Below, one piece after another: positions 38,901 through 48,800 of a stretch of 60,834 bases of DNA (position 1 is the first letter of the stretch; each line of letters starts with the position of its first letter). Both the position numbers and the translations under genes were made by a program. The stretch is from Fidelibacterota bacterium (GTDB lineage Bacteria > Fidelibacterota > UBA8477 > JABMPR01), in assembly GCA_034716895.1 (NCBI GenBank), contig JAYEKW010000114.1, positions 18,470-79,303 of the forward strand. Reading direction: 5' to 3'. The notes below the pieces were generated by a model, which saw only the letters and a program-made list of their open reading frames with translations, did no database searches and was not told where the DNA came from.

Positions 38901-41066
38901 TTAAAACTCTAATTTGGGTTGATCCTCATCCGGTTTGGTCAGTTTATAGCTACCATCCAACCATCCCTGTAAACCAGAAGTATACCACTTGGAAAAACGA
39001 CGATCAGTAGGTCCACCAGCCAGATTGGAATGCATTTCTGAGCTTGCCATATCCATGGTCATGCGAAACGAAGGCATGAAGGTTGTCACGCGACCAGCAC
39101 TCCGATAGATCTGTCCCTGGTGTATGGTGGCTCGTCCACCCACTCCGGTTATAGGTCCTTTATCAAACCCCAAAAATCCAGGCATTTTGCCATCAAATAA
39201 AATATGCTTCATCTTGAACTGCTGGACAGCACCCCAGGACTTGATCTCAACTTGAGAAATTTGCTCTAACGCGGACTTGTAGATTTGTTCACGACTTCTG
39301 CCACTAAACCAGGGCGACGACCCAGCCAGGAGAATCGCGTCAAAATTGCTGTAAAAATCGATAAAAGTTCCGGTCTCACTGGAAAGGTAGTCAGTCACTG
39401 TTTCACTGAGTCCACCCTTGCCGAAAACTTCTCGATACAGTTCCTTATAGAATTGTTCAAACAGATAAGCACCCTGACTTTGAGCATCGTAACACAAGTC
39501 CCATTCCTTCAGAATATGTCCCAGTTGTGTATCCGGTAAAAGTGGTTTCAGATGATTCATAAACGCTTTGGCCTGCAGGGAATACAAATCACCATGCATC
39601 TTAAAAATATCCTCCACACCAAAAGAAGACCCTGCTTTCAACAAAGCATCGATCCGGTTCGTTCGATAGGAACCCATGGGCATATTGATGGAATTGGTCT
39701 TTCCCAGATGGTTTAGATCATGATTGGCCGTGGAGAAAAAGCCTTGTTCTGGATTGATTATACGGGGCATATCCAGATGTGAATGATAACCCTGCCAGTC
39801 ATTCTCAGTTTTCCAGCCTGGCAAGGGGACAAAGCCGCTAATGCCCTTACGACGAATCGGTGCACTGCCTGTCATTTGAAAACCAATATTACCCTGAGCA
39901 TCAGCAAACACAAAATCCCAGGATGTTTCCATAGGACCCAAAGTATTCATACCGTCTTCCACTGATGTCGCAGACCAGATATCGATAATGGCATTAACCG
40001 CAGCAGAACCAGAATCTGCAGCAGCCCAACGTGTTGCCAAATAGTAACCGTCATCCTGGGGTGGACCATCCAGGGAGCCATGTATATTTTCATAAAATTT
40101 AACTCTGACCGATTCCTTTTTCCTACGCTTGATCAATTCGGTTCGAATTTCAAACTGATGCCATTGATCATCCTCTTCTCGATAGTATTTACCATCTTTA
40201 ATCTTTTCGATCCAGGAATCGACGGCATCAACAAAGGAGTAGGTCGCGCCCCAGGCCAATTCCGGACCACGCCCAACCAGGATACCAGGCATACCGGGCA
40301 TGGATCCGCCCATCATGGTCCGGCCATCACAACCAAGTACAATTTCACTCCAGATATTAGGGAGTCGATTCACCTCTAAATGGGGGTCATTGGCTAAAAT
40401 TGGTTTGCCTGAGTGCGTCTTATCTCCAGAAATCACCCAATTATTGGATGCCATGGCTCGCGGGACAGCCAGATTCCACAACGTTTCCGGATTCACGATG
40501 CGTTCGTGGATTTTGACCTGTTTGATAAGCTCGATATCCAGTCCACCTAAAATTCCCGGGAATAATGCTTCCAGCTTCTCAAGACTGACACCGGCCTGCA
40601 CCATTTCAACAAACAAGCGTTCGACCTCACCCTGTGATTGGGATAAGGTCAGGTAACCCACCATTCTGGACAGCATGATACTGTCTCCCGGAACCCATTG
40701 CTCAGGCTTATAGCCTAGCAGTTTATATTCCCAGGCTGTTTTTTCGGCCAAGGCGGCATTGATGCCATCACAGTAAGCATTAAGATACTGGGCGTTTTTA
40801 GCGGAAAGTTTTTCAAGCTCAGGAGCCGTTTTATCCCGCCAGTTCATCCGCCGAAAAAAGGTGTCGATAGCCAGCATATCATCACTGGCATCTAATAGTT
40901 CACTACCACGCCCCTGGCCCAGGATCCTCATAAGCAGGATCTGCATACCCCGGTCACGGCCATGGACATAACCCTGTCCCCAATACATATCCTCAAGGGA
41001 TTGAGCGCTAACGTGAGGTGTTCCGTTTTCATCTCGCCATATTTCAATATTCTTTTTCATGCTCAA
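38901..41066 (-). CDS. Penicillin acylase (S45 Ntn-hydrolase) family protein, possibly an acyl-homoserine-lactone/beta-lactam acylase
   Basis: The autoprocessing site AMA-SNNWVISG followed by ILANDPHL; 721 aa. Confidence 0.85.
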   Translation of the reverse strand: MSMKKNIEIWRDENGTPHVSAQSLEDMYWGQGYVHGRDRGMQILLMRILGQGRGSELLDASDDMLAIDTFFRRMNWRDKTAPELEKLSAKNAQYLNAYCDGINAALAEKTAWEYKLLGYKPEQWVPGDSIMLSRMVGYLTLSQSQGEVERLFVEMVQAGVSLEKLEALFPGILGGLDIELIKQVKIHERIVNPETLWNLAVPRAMASNNWVISGDKTHSGKPILANDPHLEVNRLPNIWSEIVLGCDGRTMMGGSMPGMPGILVGRGPELAWGATYSFVDAVDSWIEKIKDGKYYREEDDQWHQFEIRTELIKRRKKESVRVKFYENIHGSLDGPPQDDGYYLATRWAAADSGSAAVNAIIDIWSATSVEDGMNTLGPMETSWDFVFADAQGNIGFQMTGSAPIRRKGISGFVPLPGWKTENDWQGYHSHLDMPRIINPEQGFFSTANHDLNHLGKTNSINMPMGSYRTNRIDALLKAGSSFGVEDIFKMHGDLYSLQAKAFMNHLKPLLPDTQLGHILKEWDLCYDAQSQGAYLFEQFYKELYREVFGKGGLSETVTDYLSSETGTFIDFYSNFDAILLAGSSPWFSGRSREQIYKSALEQISQVEIKSWGAVQQFKMKHILFDGKMPGFLGFDKGPITGVGGRATIHQGQIYRSAGRVTTFMPSFRMTMDMASSEMHSNLAGGPTDRRFSKWYTSGLQGWLDGSYKLTKPDEDQPKLEF

Positions 41067-41075
41067 TTTTCCCCT

Positions 41076-41708
41076 TTAATAATTTGATTTACAGATCCAG
41101 AGTTGGATCGTACCTTTTGTAGTGATCTGAGTTTCCAGGATCTCCAGGCCAACCGTCTCGATCAGTGCTGGTATACCCCCATGTTTCATAAATGAACGGA
41201 AGCCTGAATAATGTTCCCAACCGGCCATAAATTCGATGAAATGAGTGCCCAGTAATTTGATATAAGAAGGCTGGGGATGGATCCAGTCCACCAGGATGAG
41301 CTGTTTACCCAATCGTTTCATTTCCTGGAGGACCGGCAGACGCTTTTCAATAGGCATTTCATGGATCACCATGCTGCTCATGGCAAAATCGAAACTCTGG
41401 TCCTCCAAATGCGCCAAACTGGTGGCGTCTGCTAACTGGAATTCACAATTCTGGATGCCCTGTTGTTCGGCCTGAAGACTACCGGTTTTTACCATGGTCT
41501 CTGAAAGCTCAACACAGACGCCAGTACTGATCTGTCCAGCGATATGCATGAGCTGATCACCGGTGCCACATCCAATATCGATGACCCGGCTGCCCTGGGG
41601 GACAATTCCAGCGATCCGTCTGCGGATACCTCCCAGGGAAGGGTCAATGAATTGTTTATAGATCCAACCATCGTAGAAGTGATTACGCGCCTGGGTCTTT
41701 CGAATCAT
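41076..41708 (-). CDS. Class I SAM-dependent methyltransferase
   Basis: Motif I VIDIGCGTGD; 210 aa. Confidence 0.8.
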   Translation of the reverse strand: MIRKTQARNHFYDGWIYKQFIDPSLGGIRRRIAGIVPQGSRVIDIGCGTGDQLMHIAGQISTGVCVELSETMVKTGSLQAEQQGIQNCEFQLADATSLAHLEDQSFDFAMSSMVIHEMPIEKRLPVLQEMKRLGKQLILVDWIHPQPSYIKLLGTHFIEFMAGWEHYSGFRSFMKHGGIPALIETVGLEILETQITTKGTIQLWICKSNY

Positions 41709-41751
41709 AGCTTTTTCCTTTTGTTCGTGATCACATCAAGCTAATGTTTTT

Positions 41752-41781
41752 AACCACGGATTACACAGATTTCACAGAAGG
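41752..41781 (+). repeat. Word repeat AACCACGGATTACACAGATTTCACAGAAGG (three 9-mers of the form CACRGAWTW)
   Basis: Read directly from the sequence, in the methyltransferase/rpoD divergent spacer. Confidence 0.8.
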
Positions 41782-41847
41782 ATCAAAAGCCATCATTTGC
41801 ATATAGACCAATGACATGGTTTTCACCATCATGGAGATGTTTATCCA

Positions 41848-41960
41848 CCCACGATCTTAATCACGGATACAGACCCAGAGAAACGATGAGAAGCCCACAA
41901 TCTCAATCACGGATACAGACCCAGAAGAACGATGAGGAAGCCCACGATTTCAATCGTGGG
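41848..41960. repeat. Tandem 46/47-bp repeat (2.4 units) in the rpoD upstream region
   Basis: Unit 1 spans 41848-41893 and unit 2 spans 41894-41940, about 89 percent identical. The partial third unit, CCCACGATTTCAATCGTGGG, is a perfect 8-bp hairpin. Confidence 0.85.
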
Positions 41961-42154
41961 TAACGGCAAACTCGAAAAGAGGGGAAACCGTTTCAACGGT
42001 TTAAGATTCTATTAACACGACTGGATTGATTGCCCACCCGTGCGAAACACCACGGCCCCCCCATTATAATTGCCACTATTTATTATCACCGTTAAATCAA
42101 AATAACCTGTCACTTTAGAGCCCTTTTTTCATCAAAGAAACAACCCCTTTTGCC

Positions 42155-42183
42155 TTGACAGGTCTAGGGTCTAAAATTAATTT
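42155..42183 (+). promoter_or_regulatory. Candidate sigma-70-type promoter for rpoD-rpsU
   Basis: TTGACA at 42155-42160, a 17-nt spacer, then TAATTT at 42178-42183, about 48 nt upstream of the rpoD ATG. Confidence 0.35.
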
Positions 42184-42230
42184 CGCTGGCTCTGGGTCAA
42201 CTACGGCCTGAGCAGTAAGAGCAGGAGCCT

Positions 42231-43088
42231 ATGGCAAAAAAAGTTAAACGGATCGGTGGAGACACAAATCGCAGCCTCAGTAAGTACCTTGAGGAGATTG
42301 GTCAATACGAACCTTTAGATCCTAAGGATGAAATCTCGTTAGCCCAGCGGGTGAAGCAAGGTGATCGTCTGGCTCTCAAAAAATTAACTGAAGCCAACCT
42401 GCGTTTCGTGGTTTCTGTAGCCAAAGATTATCAGGGTCAGGGTTTACCACTGACTGACCTGATCAACGAAGGTAATCTGGGACTGATTAAGGCTGCTGAG
42501 CGCTTTGATGAAACCCGTGGCTTCAAGTTTATCTCTTACGCTGTGTGGTGGATCCGTCAGTCCATTTTGCAGGCTCTGGCCGAGCATTCCAGAATTGTAC
42601 GTTTGCCCTTGAACCGGGTGGGGACTATTTCCAAGATATCCAAAACCTCCGATCGTCTGGAGCAAAAGCTGGAACGGACACCCACTGAGCGCGAAATTGC
42701 CAAAGAGCTGGATATGGCACCTGAAGAAGTGGCCGATGCTATCAGGATTTCCAAGCGTCATCACTCTCTGGATGCGCCCTTTCAAGAAGAAGAAAAAAAT
42801 TCACTCATGGACGTGATCGAGGATGAGCATCAGGACTCTCCCGATTTCGATCTCATGTCTGATTCCCTTAAAAAAGAAATTCGTTCTGCACTTGATACCT
42901 TAAAAGATCGAGAGCGGGAAGTAATCCGGATGTATTTCGGCATTGATCGTGAGTATGCACTCACCCTTAATGAAATTGGAGAAGAATTTAACCTGACGCG
43001 GGAGCGTGTTCGTCAAATCAAGGAGAAAGCCATCAAGCGTCTCCAGCACAAATCCCGTAGTCGTAAACTGCAGACCTACTTAGGTTAA
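42231..43088 (+). CDS. rpoD: RNA polymerase sigma factor, short primary-type sigma-70 (RpoD/SigA)
   Basis: Region 2 [10 protein letters not shown] and region 4.2 [28 protein letters not shown]; 285 aa. Confidence 0.9.
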   Translation: MAKKVKRIGGDTNRSLSKYLEEIGQYEPLDPKDEISLAQRVKQGDRLALKKLTEANLRFVVSVAKDYQGQGLPLTDLINEGNLGLIKAAERFDETRGFKFISYAVWWIRQSILQALAEHSRIVRLPLNRVGTISKISKTSDRLEQKLERTPTEREIAKELDMAPEEVADAIRISKRHHSLDAPFQEEEKNSLMDVIEDEHQDSPDFDLMSDSLKKEIRSALDTLKDREREVIRMYFGIDREYALTLNEIGEEFNLTRERVRQIKEKAIKRLQHKSRSRKLQTYLG

Positions 43089-43113
43089 TATTGGAAGGAG
43101 GTGAGATCGCACT

Positions 43114-43308
43114 ATGCCAGTTATGGTTACCGTAAAACGGGATGAACCTTTTGAAAAAGCTTTGAGACGCTTCAAAAAGAAGTATGAAAAAGCCGGCATT
43201 CTGAAAGACGTTAAGAAGAACTCCTTCTACTTAAAGCCTACAGAAGAACGTCGTTTACGCCGAGCAAAAGCTGCAAAGCGTGCCCGTCAGACGCGTCCGA
43301 GATATTAA
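43114..43308 (+). CDS. rpsU: 30S ribosomal protein S21
   Basis: VTVKRDEPFEKALRRFKKKYEKAGILKDVKK; GGAGG upstream. Confidence 0.95.
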   Translation: MPVMVTVKRDEPFEKALRRFKKKYEKAGILKDVKKNSFYLKPTEERRLRRAKAAKRARQTRPRY

Positions 43309-43320
43309 ACTCTGGACAAC

Positions 43321-43350
43321 ACTGAAGATTAAAAACCCCGGGTATTTCCT
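43321..43350 (+). terminator. Rho-independent terminator after rpsU
   Basis: AAAACCCCGG-GTATTTC-CTGGGGTTTTTTT. Confidence 0.8.
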
Positions 43351-43472
43351 GGGGTTTTTTTATGCCTGTTTGCAATGATCACTTTAAACGTTGAACAGCA
43401 GAGTGCACAATGAACGCAGAGATTGTTTCTGGTGTAGATCTAGTCCTCGGAAAGGTCATCCTACTTAAGTAC

Positions 43473-45278
43473 CTACGGTGCTGACTCCGTTTCTGCTGCC
43501 TCCCACTCCAAACCAAGCCACTTTTCAAACACCTGCTTCTGTTGACCACTTGGTGCTTCGATCTGTTTAACTATTTCAATGGTAGTTGGGGTAAACCCTA
43601 CAGTGAGATGGATATCCCGCAAAATACCATTCCGACTGAGAGTACAGATGATCCGGTCTCCAGGGACTTTTTCTCCGAAATACTGAGGCGTGGCTGACTT
43701 TACCCGAAAACCATCGATGGCAATCAGTTCGTCGTTCACGTTAAGTCCCACATTCCAGGCGGGAGATCCTTCCGTCACCCGGGTGATCATGACCTTGCCC
43801 CCCCGATTACTCAGTTTGGCACCCAGCCATGCGCTTTTTTCGACTGTGGAATCCAATGCCAGTCCCGCTAACTCAAAAGTTGACTGATAGGGTAGTGGTT
43901 TCAGCCCAAAAACATAGTCCTGGAAGAAGTTATTCAACTTTAGTCCGCTGATGGACTCACAGGCCAGACGCACATCCTGGGTAGAATAACCCTTTTTCTT
44001 CAAGGCAAAATCCTGGTACAACTTCAACATCACATCATCGAGACCCGCTTTGCCCCCCGTAGCTGAAATTAGTTTCAGATCCAACAGAAGGCCCAAAAGA
44101 TGTCCCTTGTTGTAGTAGGAAACCGTAGAGTTGGGTGAATGTTCATTGCGACGATAATATTTGATCCAGGCATCCCAACTGGCTTCGGTGACAGACTGAT
44201 GGTTTTTACCTGGACGGGATTCCAGAGTATTGATCTCATCCTTGATCACTTCCAGATAAGCTTCCCGGTTACTGATACCGATCCGCTGCAGGATCAGTTC
44301 ATCATAGTAGCTGGTAAATCCCTCGGCCATCCATAGCTCATCCAGATAGTTCTCATTATCATAATCAAAGGTGGCAATCCCTCTGGGATAGAGACGTTTC
44401 ACATTCCAGGTATGAAAAAATTCGTGGGCCACCAACGCCAGGAAACGCTTATACCGTTTTTCGTTTGTAAATGACCAGCGTGAAACAAAATTAACCGATG
44501 AACCGGCGTGCTCCAGGCCACCACGCCCCTCTTCCACATGAAAGATAAAGTTATAATGATCATAGGGGAGGCCGCCAAAGATTGCCGCCTCTGCTTCTAT
44601 GATCCGAGTGAAATCAGCCACCAGCACCGAATCGATATAATTACTGGCGCCGTATAAAGCCATGAGATGTGGTTTACCCAACACTTCAAACTCGATGACG
44701 TGCTGGTTGCCCAGCTCCAGGGGCGAGTCCGCCAATTCATCATAATTTTCTGCGGTAAAATCCACATTGCCAGGTTGATTAAAGGGTTCAAGAGCGGTGG
44801 TAATCGTCGACCAGGCCTCGGGTAGGTCAACGTGCAGATGATGCTTGCGACCCTGGTTTTTCTGCCAATACATCAGGACGCTGGCTGGGACGACCAGAGC
44901 ATGATCCGAGTTGAGAAAGCTGGTACGGACGCTGTGCTCAAAGGAATAAACCTTATAGGAAACAATGATATCCTGCCCTCGTTTCCCCCTAATTTCCCAA
45001 TGGTTCTTGTCAATTTTTTGAATTATGAGAGGGGTTCCATTTTCACTACGAGCTGAAACGTCCTGAACATTTTTAGCATACTCCCTCACCAGGTAGGATC
45101 CGGGGGTCCAGACTGGCAGGGCCACAACCTGTTTACCTCTACCGCCCTCCAGACGCATTTCGACTTCAAACAGGTGAGTATGTGGCTCCGGCATGGACAG
45201 TTTATAGTGAATGCTTTTAGCGCTGACGCCCACACTTAGCAACATGATCAGAACGGTTGTTTTTAGCTTAGTGTACAT
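43473..45278 (-). CDS. M61 glycyl aminopeptidase family protein with a C-terminal PDZ domain
   Basis: HEFFHTWNVKR zinc motif and PDZ-like GLNVNDELIAIDG. The signal peptide MYTKLKTTVLIMLLSVGVSA begins at the ATG at 45278; the ORF is open to 45338. Confidence 0.85.
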   Translation of the reverse strand: MYTKLKTTVLIMLLSVGVSAKSIHYKLSMPEPHTHLFEVEMRLEGGRGKQVVALPVWTPGSYLVREYAKNVQDVSARSENGTPLIIQKIDKNHWEIRGKRGQDIIVSYKVYSFEHSVRTSFLNSDHALVVPASVLMYWQKNQGRKHHLHVDLPEAWSTITTALEPFNQPGNVDFTAENYDELADSPLELGNQHVIEFEVLGKPHLMALYGASNYIDSVLVADFTRIIEAEAAIFGGLPYDHYNFIFHVEEGRGGLEHAGSSVNFVSRWSFTNEKRYKRFLALVAHEFFHTWNVKRLYPRGIATFDYDNENYLDELWMAEGFTSYYDELILQRIGISNREAYLEVIKDEINTLESRPGKNHQSVTEASWDAWIKYYRRNEHSPNSTVSYYNKGHLLGLLLDLKLISATGGKAGLDDVMLKLYQDFALKKKGYSTQDVRLACESISGLKLNNFFQDYVFGLKPLPYQSTFELAGLALDSTVEKSAWLGAKLSNRGGKVMITRVTEGSPAWNVGLNVNDELIAIDGFRVKSATPQYFGEKVPGDRIICTLSRNGILRDIHLTVGFTPTTIEIVKQIEAPSGQQKQVFEKWLGLEWEAAETESAP

Positions 45279-45417
45279 GAATATCCCCATTTTGGTTTTT
45301 ACTTCGTGAAAATATGCGATATGATCTACTGTGGGCAAGGGGAGAGTTATGTCAATAACCAGTCTGGGGTTGCCACAGATCAGGGGGTGACACTTTTTAA
45401 AATGGGTTCATTATAAT

Positions 45418-45790
45418 AATGCGTACCTGGATACAATCATTGAGATTGGGGGGCAATAAAATATTCTGGGGTACAGAGGTATAAAGGTATAAGGGTTATA
45501 GAGGCTGTGTGAAAACTTCATTGCAATGGAATAATTGCTTGCTAATATTATCTTTAATTATCTACGTATAGTACTGTTACTATCGATACTTACCCCAGGC
45601 TTCAGCCTGGGGGTTATAAAAATATTAAAAAGGAGGGCTTTAGCCCAACAATACTGGGCTAAAGCCCAAGGAAACAGTAGGTTATCATACCCCCAAGCTA
45701 AAGCATGGGGTAAACGTTGTCCCTATTCTCACACAGCCTCTATACCGTATACCCTTATATCCCTAATATCCTCGTCTCCAGGTACGCATT
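45418..45790. repeat. Nested inverted-repeat cassette (14-bp outer and 16-bp inner perfect IRs) enclosing three hairpins
   Basis: The outer pair is AATGCGTACCTGGA (45418-45431) and TCCAGGTACGCATT (45777-45790). The inner pair is TATAGAGGCTGTGTGA (45497-45512) and TCACACAGCCTCTATA (45729-45744). Hairpins lie at 45593-45612, 45635-45667 (13-bp perfect stem) and 45691-45710. Confidence 0.85.
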
Positions 45791-45818
45791 TGGGGGAAGA
45801 GCCTTAAAATGTTAGATA

Positions 45819-48800
45819 TTGGCAGTAACCATTCAGCCTCACAATCCTTATTTTCCGCCCATTGTGAATAATATTTCCAGGTCTCGATCCACTGCATTCC
45901 TTTTGCTCCTCCTGTTTCTGCCGGACCTCCAGGCAGAGATCATTTATGAGTCTGGGAATCTCATGGAGTTTATCGGCGGTGAATCAACAACGACAGCTTA
46001 TGACAATTATGTTAGCCATATTTCCGAAGGCATCGCTGATCCCGGTTATAATGATTATGGTCCGGACTGGATTGATGTTCAAACCAATGGGTTTGGTGAT
46101 TATCGGATTATCCCGGAACTCGGATACACCCTGCAACATTGGCGTAACATATTTGAGGCCTTGCTTGTGGGTGATCTTGATGCTGTTGACCAGATGCTCG
46201 GTGACTCCAGCAGCACTTTTCACTATGAACTGGTCGAGTACCAGGATGTACTCTACAACCGTACCTATTACATCATACGGGAACAGCTTGACCTATCCTA
46301 TATGGATATCAATCAACCCGATATTGTCGGTGATGAAGTAGAAGGCAGTTTTACCAATGGCTGGGGTTTGTTTATTCTCAATCCTGATGCCAGCAGACAA
46401 CATGTTGTGGTCGAAATGCCCCATCCTTGTGATGATTTTATTTCTCCCTATGTCGGAACTGAGATGTTTCTCCAGACCGATGCTTTTGCCATGATGATGG
46501 CCGGAGCAAGTCGTGAGTTGAAATGGACCGGTTACGGGTCATATACCAACAACAAATCACTTTCTGATCCTTCCCGTAATGCAAATACCGTTTTCCAGGT
46601 GTTCCATGAGGTTTTGTGTGATTCGCTCATGCAGATCGGACCACATTCACCCCTGATTCTTCACACCCATAGTTTTGATGATAATTTAGCCCATACTGAT
46701 TTTCAAGCAATTGTACTCTCAGGGGGTTGGGATGCCGGCAACGCCAATAAACCGATCCGGGATCTGGCAGATGATAATCTGGATCTGATAAATTTTACTG
46801 CAGAATACCCCATCGCCGCCGGCACTTTTGGAGAACATCCCGCCGTCCGGGTAGATGAATACTACAGGGTCCACTATAATGGCACTCTGATCTATCATGG
46901 AGCCAGCCAGGATTATGAAATGCCCCATACCTATACCCTGTTAGGACCCAATACCGGTGTTCAGATGAATTATCTCCGACAGTTTTTTAACAATGGGGCT
47001 GTCTATGAACCCTGGGTTCAGATCGAACTATTTGAAAAACCCCTGCTTTTTCAAAATATGGAGATGCCCCTGACAGAACTATACGCAGGCGGATATCCAA
47101 GTTCATACCATAATTACAGTATCCTCGCGAATTATTATCAACCATTTATTGATGCTCTGGAAGCCTACCTCCAAAACTGGGTTGATGTCCCCGACAATTC
47201 ACCCCCTGAGGCGATCAACAATTGGCATACAGCCTTTGATGGACAGTCCTATGTCAGTTTGGACTGGGATCCGGTTTTCGACACAAATCACAAGACTTAC
47301 CGGATCTTTTACGATACCGATAGTCTCACTGAAGACTCTCCCTACCTGGACGCCCTCTCAGAAGTACGCCTGCTTAATCCAGCCACAGATCACCTCCTGT
47401 TTGACAACCTTGATCCATCTGCCAACTATGTATTCCAGATCCAGGCCCTGGATCATTTCGATAATATTGGTCCATTGAGCGAAACCATTACGGATAGTAT
47501 TCCCGGTCATGAATCGATCCATGTCCTGGAGAACTTTGACGATGGCGAGATCAGCCTTGGGTCATATTCTGATGAAGATCAACATCCTGATTCCTGGGAG
47601 CTCAATTCAAGTCGTACCTTTATGAATTCCCCCTATTCTCTGAAACTATGGGGAAACACCTGGAAAAATCAAACCATTGACCCCTATTCCATTACACCGG
47701 CTTCGGTTTTCCAGATCGCTGCTTATGTGGATCATTTAGGTGAGATCCAGGGGGTCGCTTTTCAAGATTCCCTGAACACCTTGTTCTACGCTTTGGACGG
47801 CTCCCAACAATTGGATATCGAAGAGTGGGTCACCGTCTATCAGGGATATTTTCCTGAAGACACCTGGAACCTCTATCGCTTGCCTATCGGGGATGACTGG
47901 CTTGCCCGGTTTGATTACGATCCGCTACTCACCAATATTATATATATCAATGACCGGGATTCAGATCCATCTGCGCAGGTGTATTTTGACGAACTGTTTG
48001 ATATCACCAACTCCATCGCTTTCGCCCCGGAAGTTGATATCAGTTTTACCGAAGGTCTGATTTATCGTAATAGCACCTATCAGCGTAGTGTTGACGTTAG
48101 TTTTCAATCCATTGTTGATGATGCTGATAGCGATACTCACTCATATCTATGGAATTTTGGCGATGGTGAAACCAGTCAGGCCGTTCACCCCATCCATTCT
48201 TTTCTGGTCGAAGATGACCATGATTATACCGTCTTGCTGCAGGTCAGTGATGAATCGGGTTATATGGGTCAGGCGACCACCCGAATTATGGTTGAGCCCG
48301 GCAGCAGCTCCCTGCCTCTGAACTTGAATTTTGTGGGCGATATCATGATCGCCAGACGCTATGAGAATGAAGGTGGTATTCTGGAAACGGGTGGTGTTGG
48401 TTCAATTTTTGAGCCAACACTGGAGCAACTGGGGAATGCAGCCGACCTTACCATTGCAAATTTAGAATGTACCATGACCATAGATGGTGAAGAACATCCA
48501 ACCAAATCAGTGGTCTTTAAGGGTCATCCGGATTATGTCACCGGACTGGTGGAAGCCGGGATCGATCTGGTTACCCTGGCAAACAACCACACGCTTGACT
48601 ATGGTTTAATCGGACTCCAGACGACTCAACAGGCTTTGGCAGCCAATAATATTCTCTATTCCGGCTCTGGTATTGACACTTATGAGGCCTACTCACCGAT
48701 CTTCACCAACACCAAAGGAATTGCTATCGCCTGGCTGGCCAACAGCGACCGTACCGGTCAATACAACAACTATCAACCCTACTTGAATGCCGGATACAAC

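Noticed and set aside
45535-45807. 90-aa plus-strand ORF (TTG start) in the M61-peptidase/giant-protein spacer
   Set aside because: It reads straight through the three palindromic hairpins and the inner inverted repeat. Its peptide segments (TPGFSLGV, LAQQYWAKAQG, PQAKAWG) are translations of the palindromes. It has no ribosome-binding site, so I treat it as a repeat artefact.
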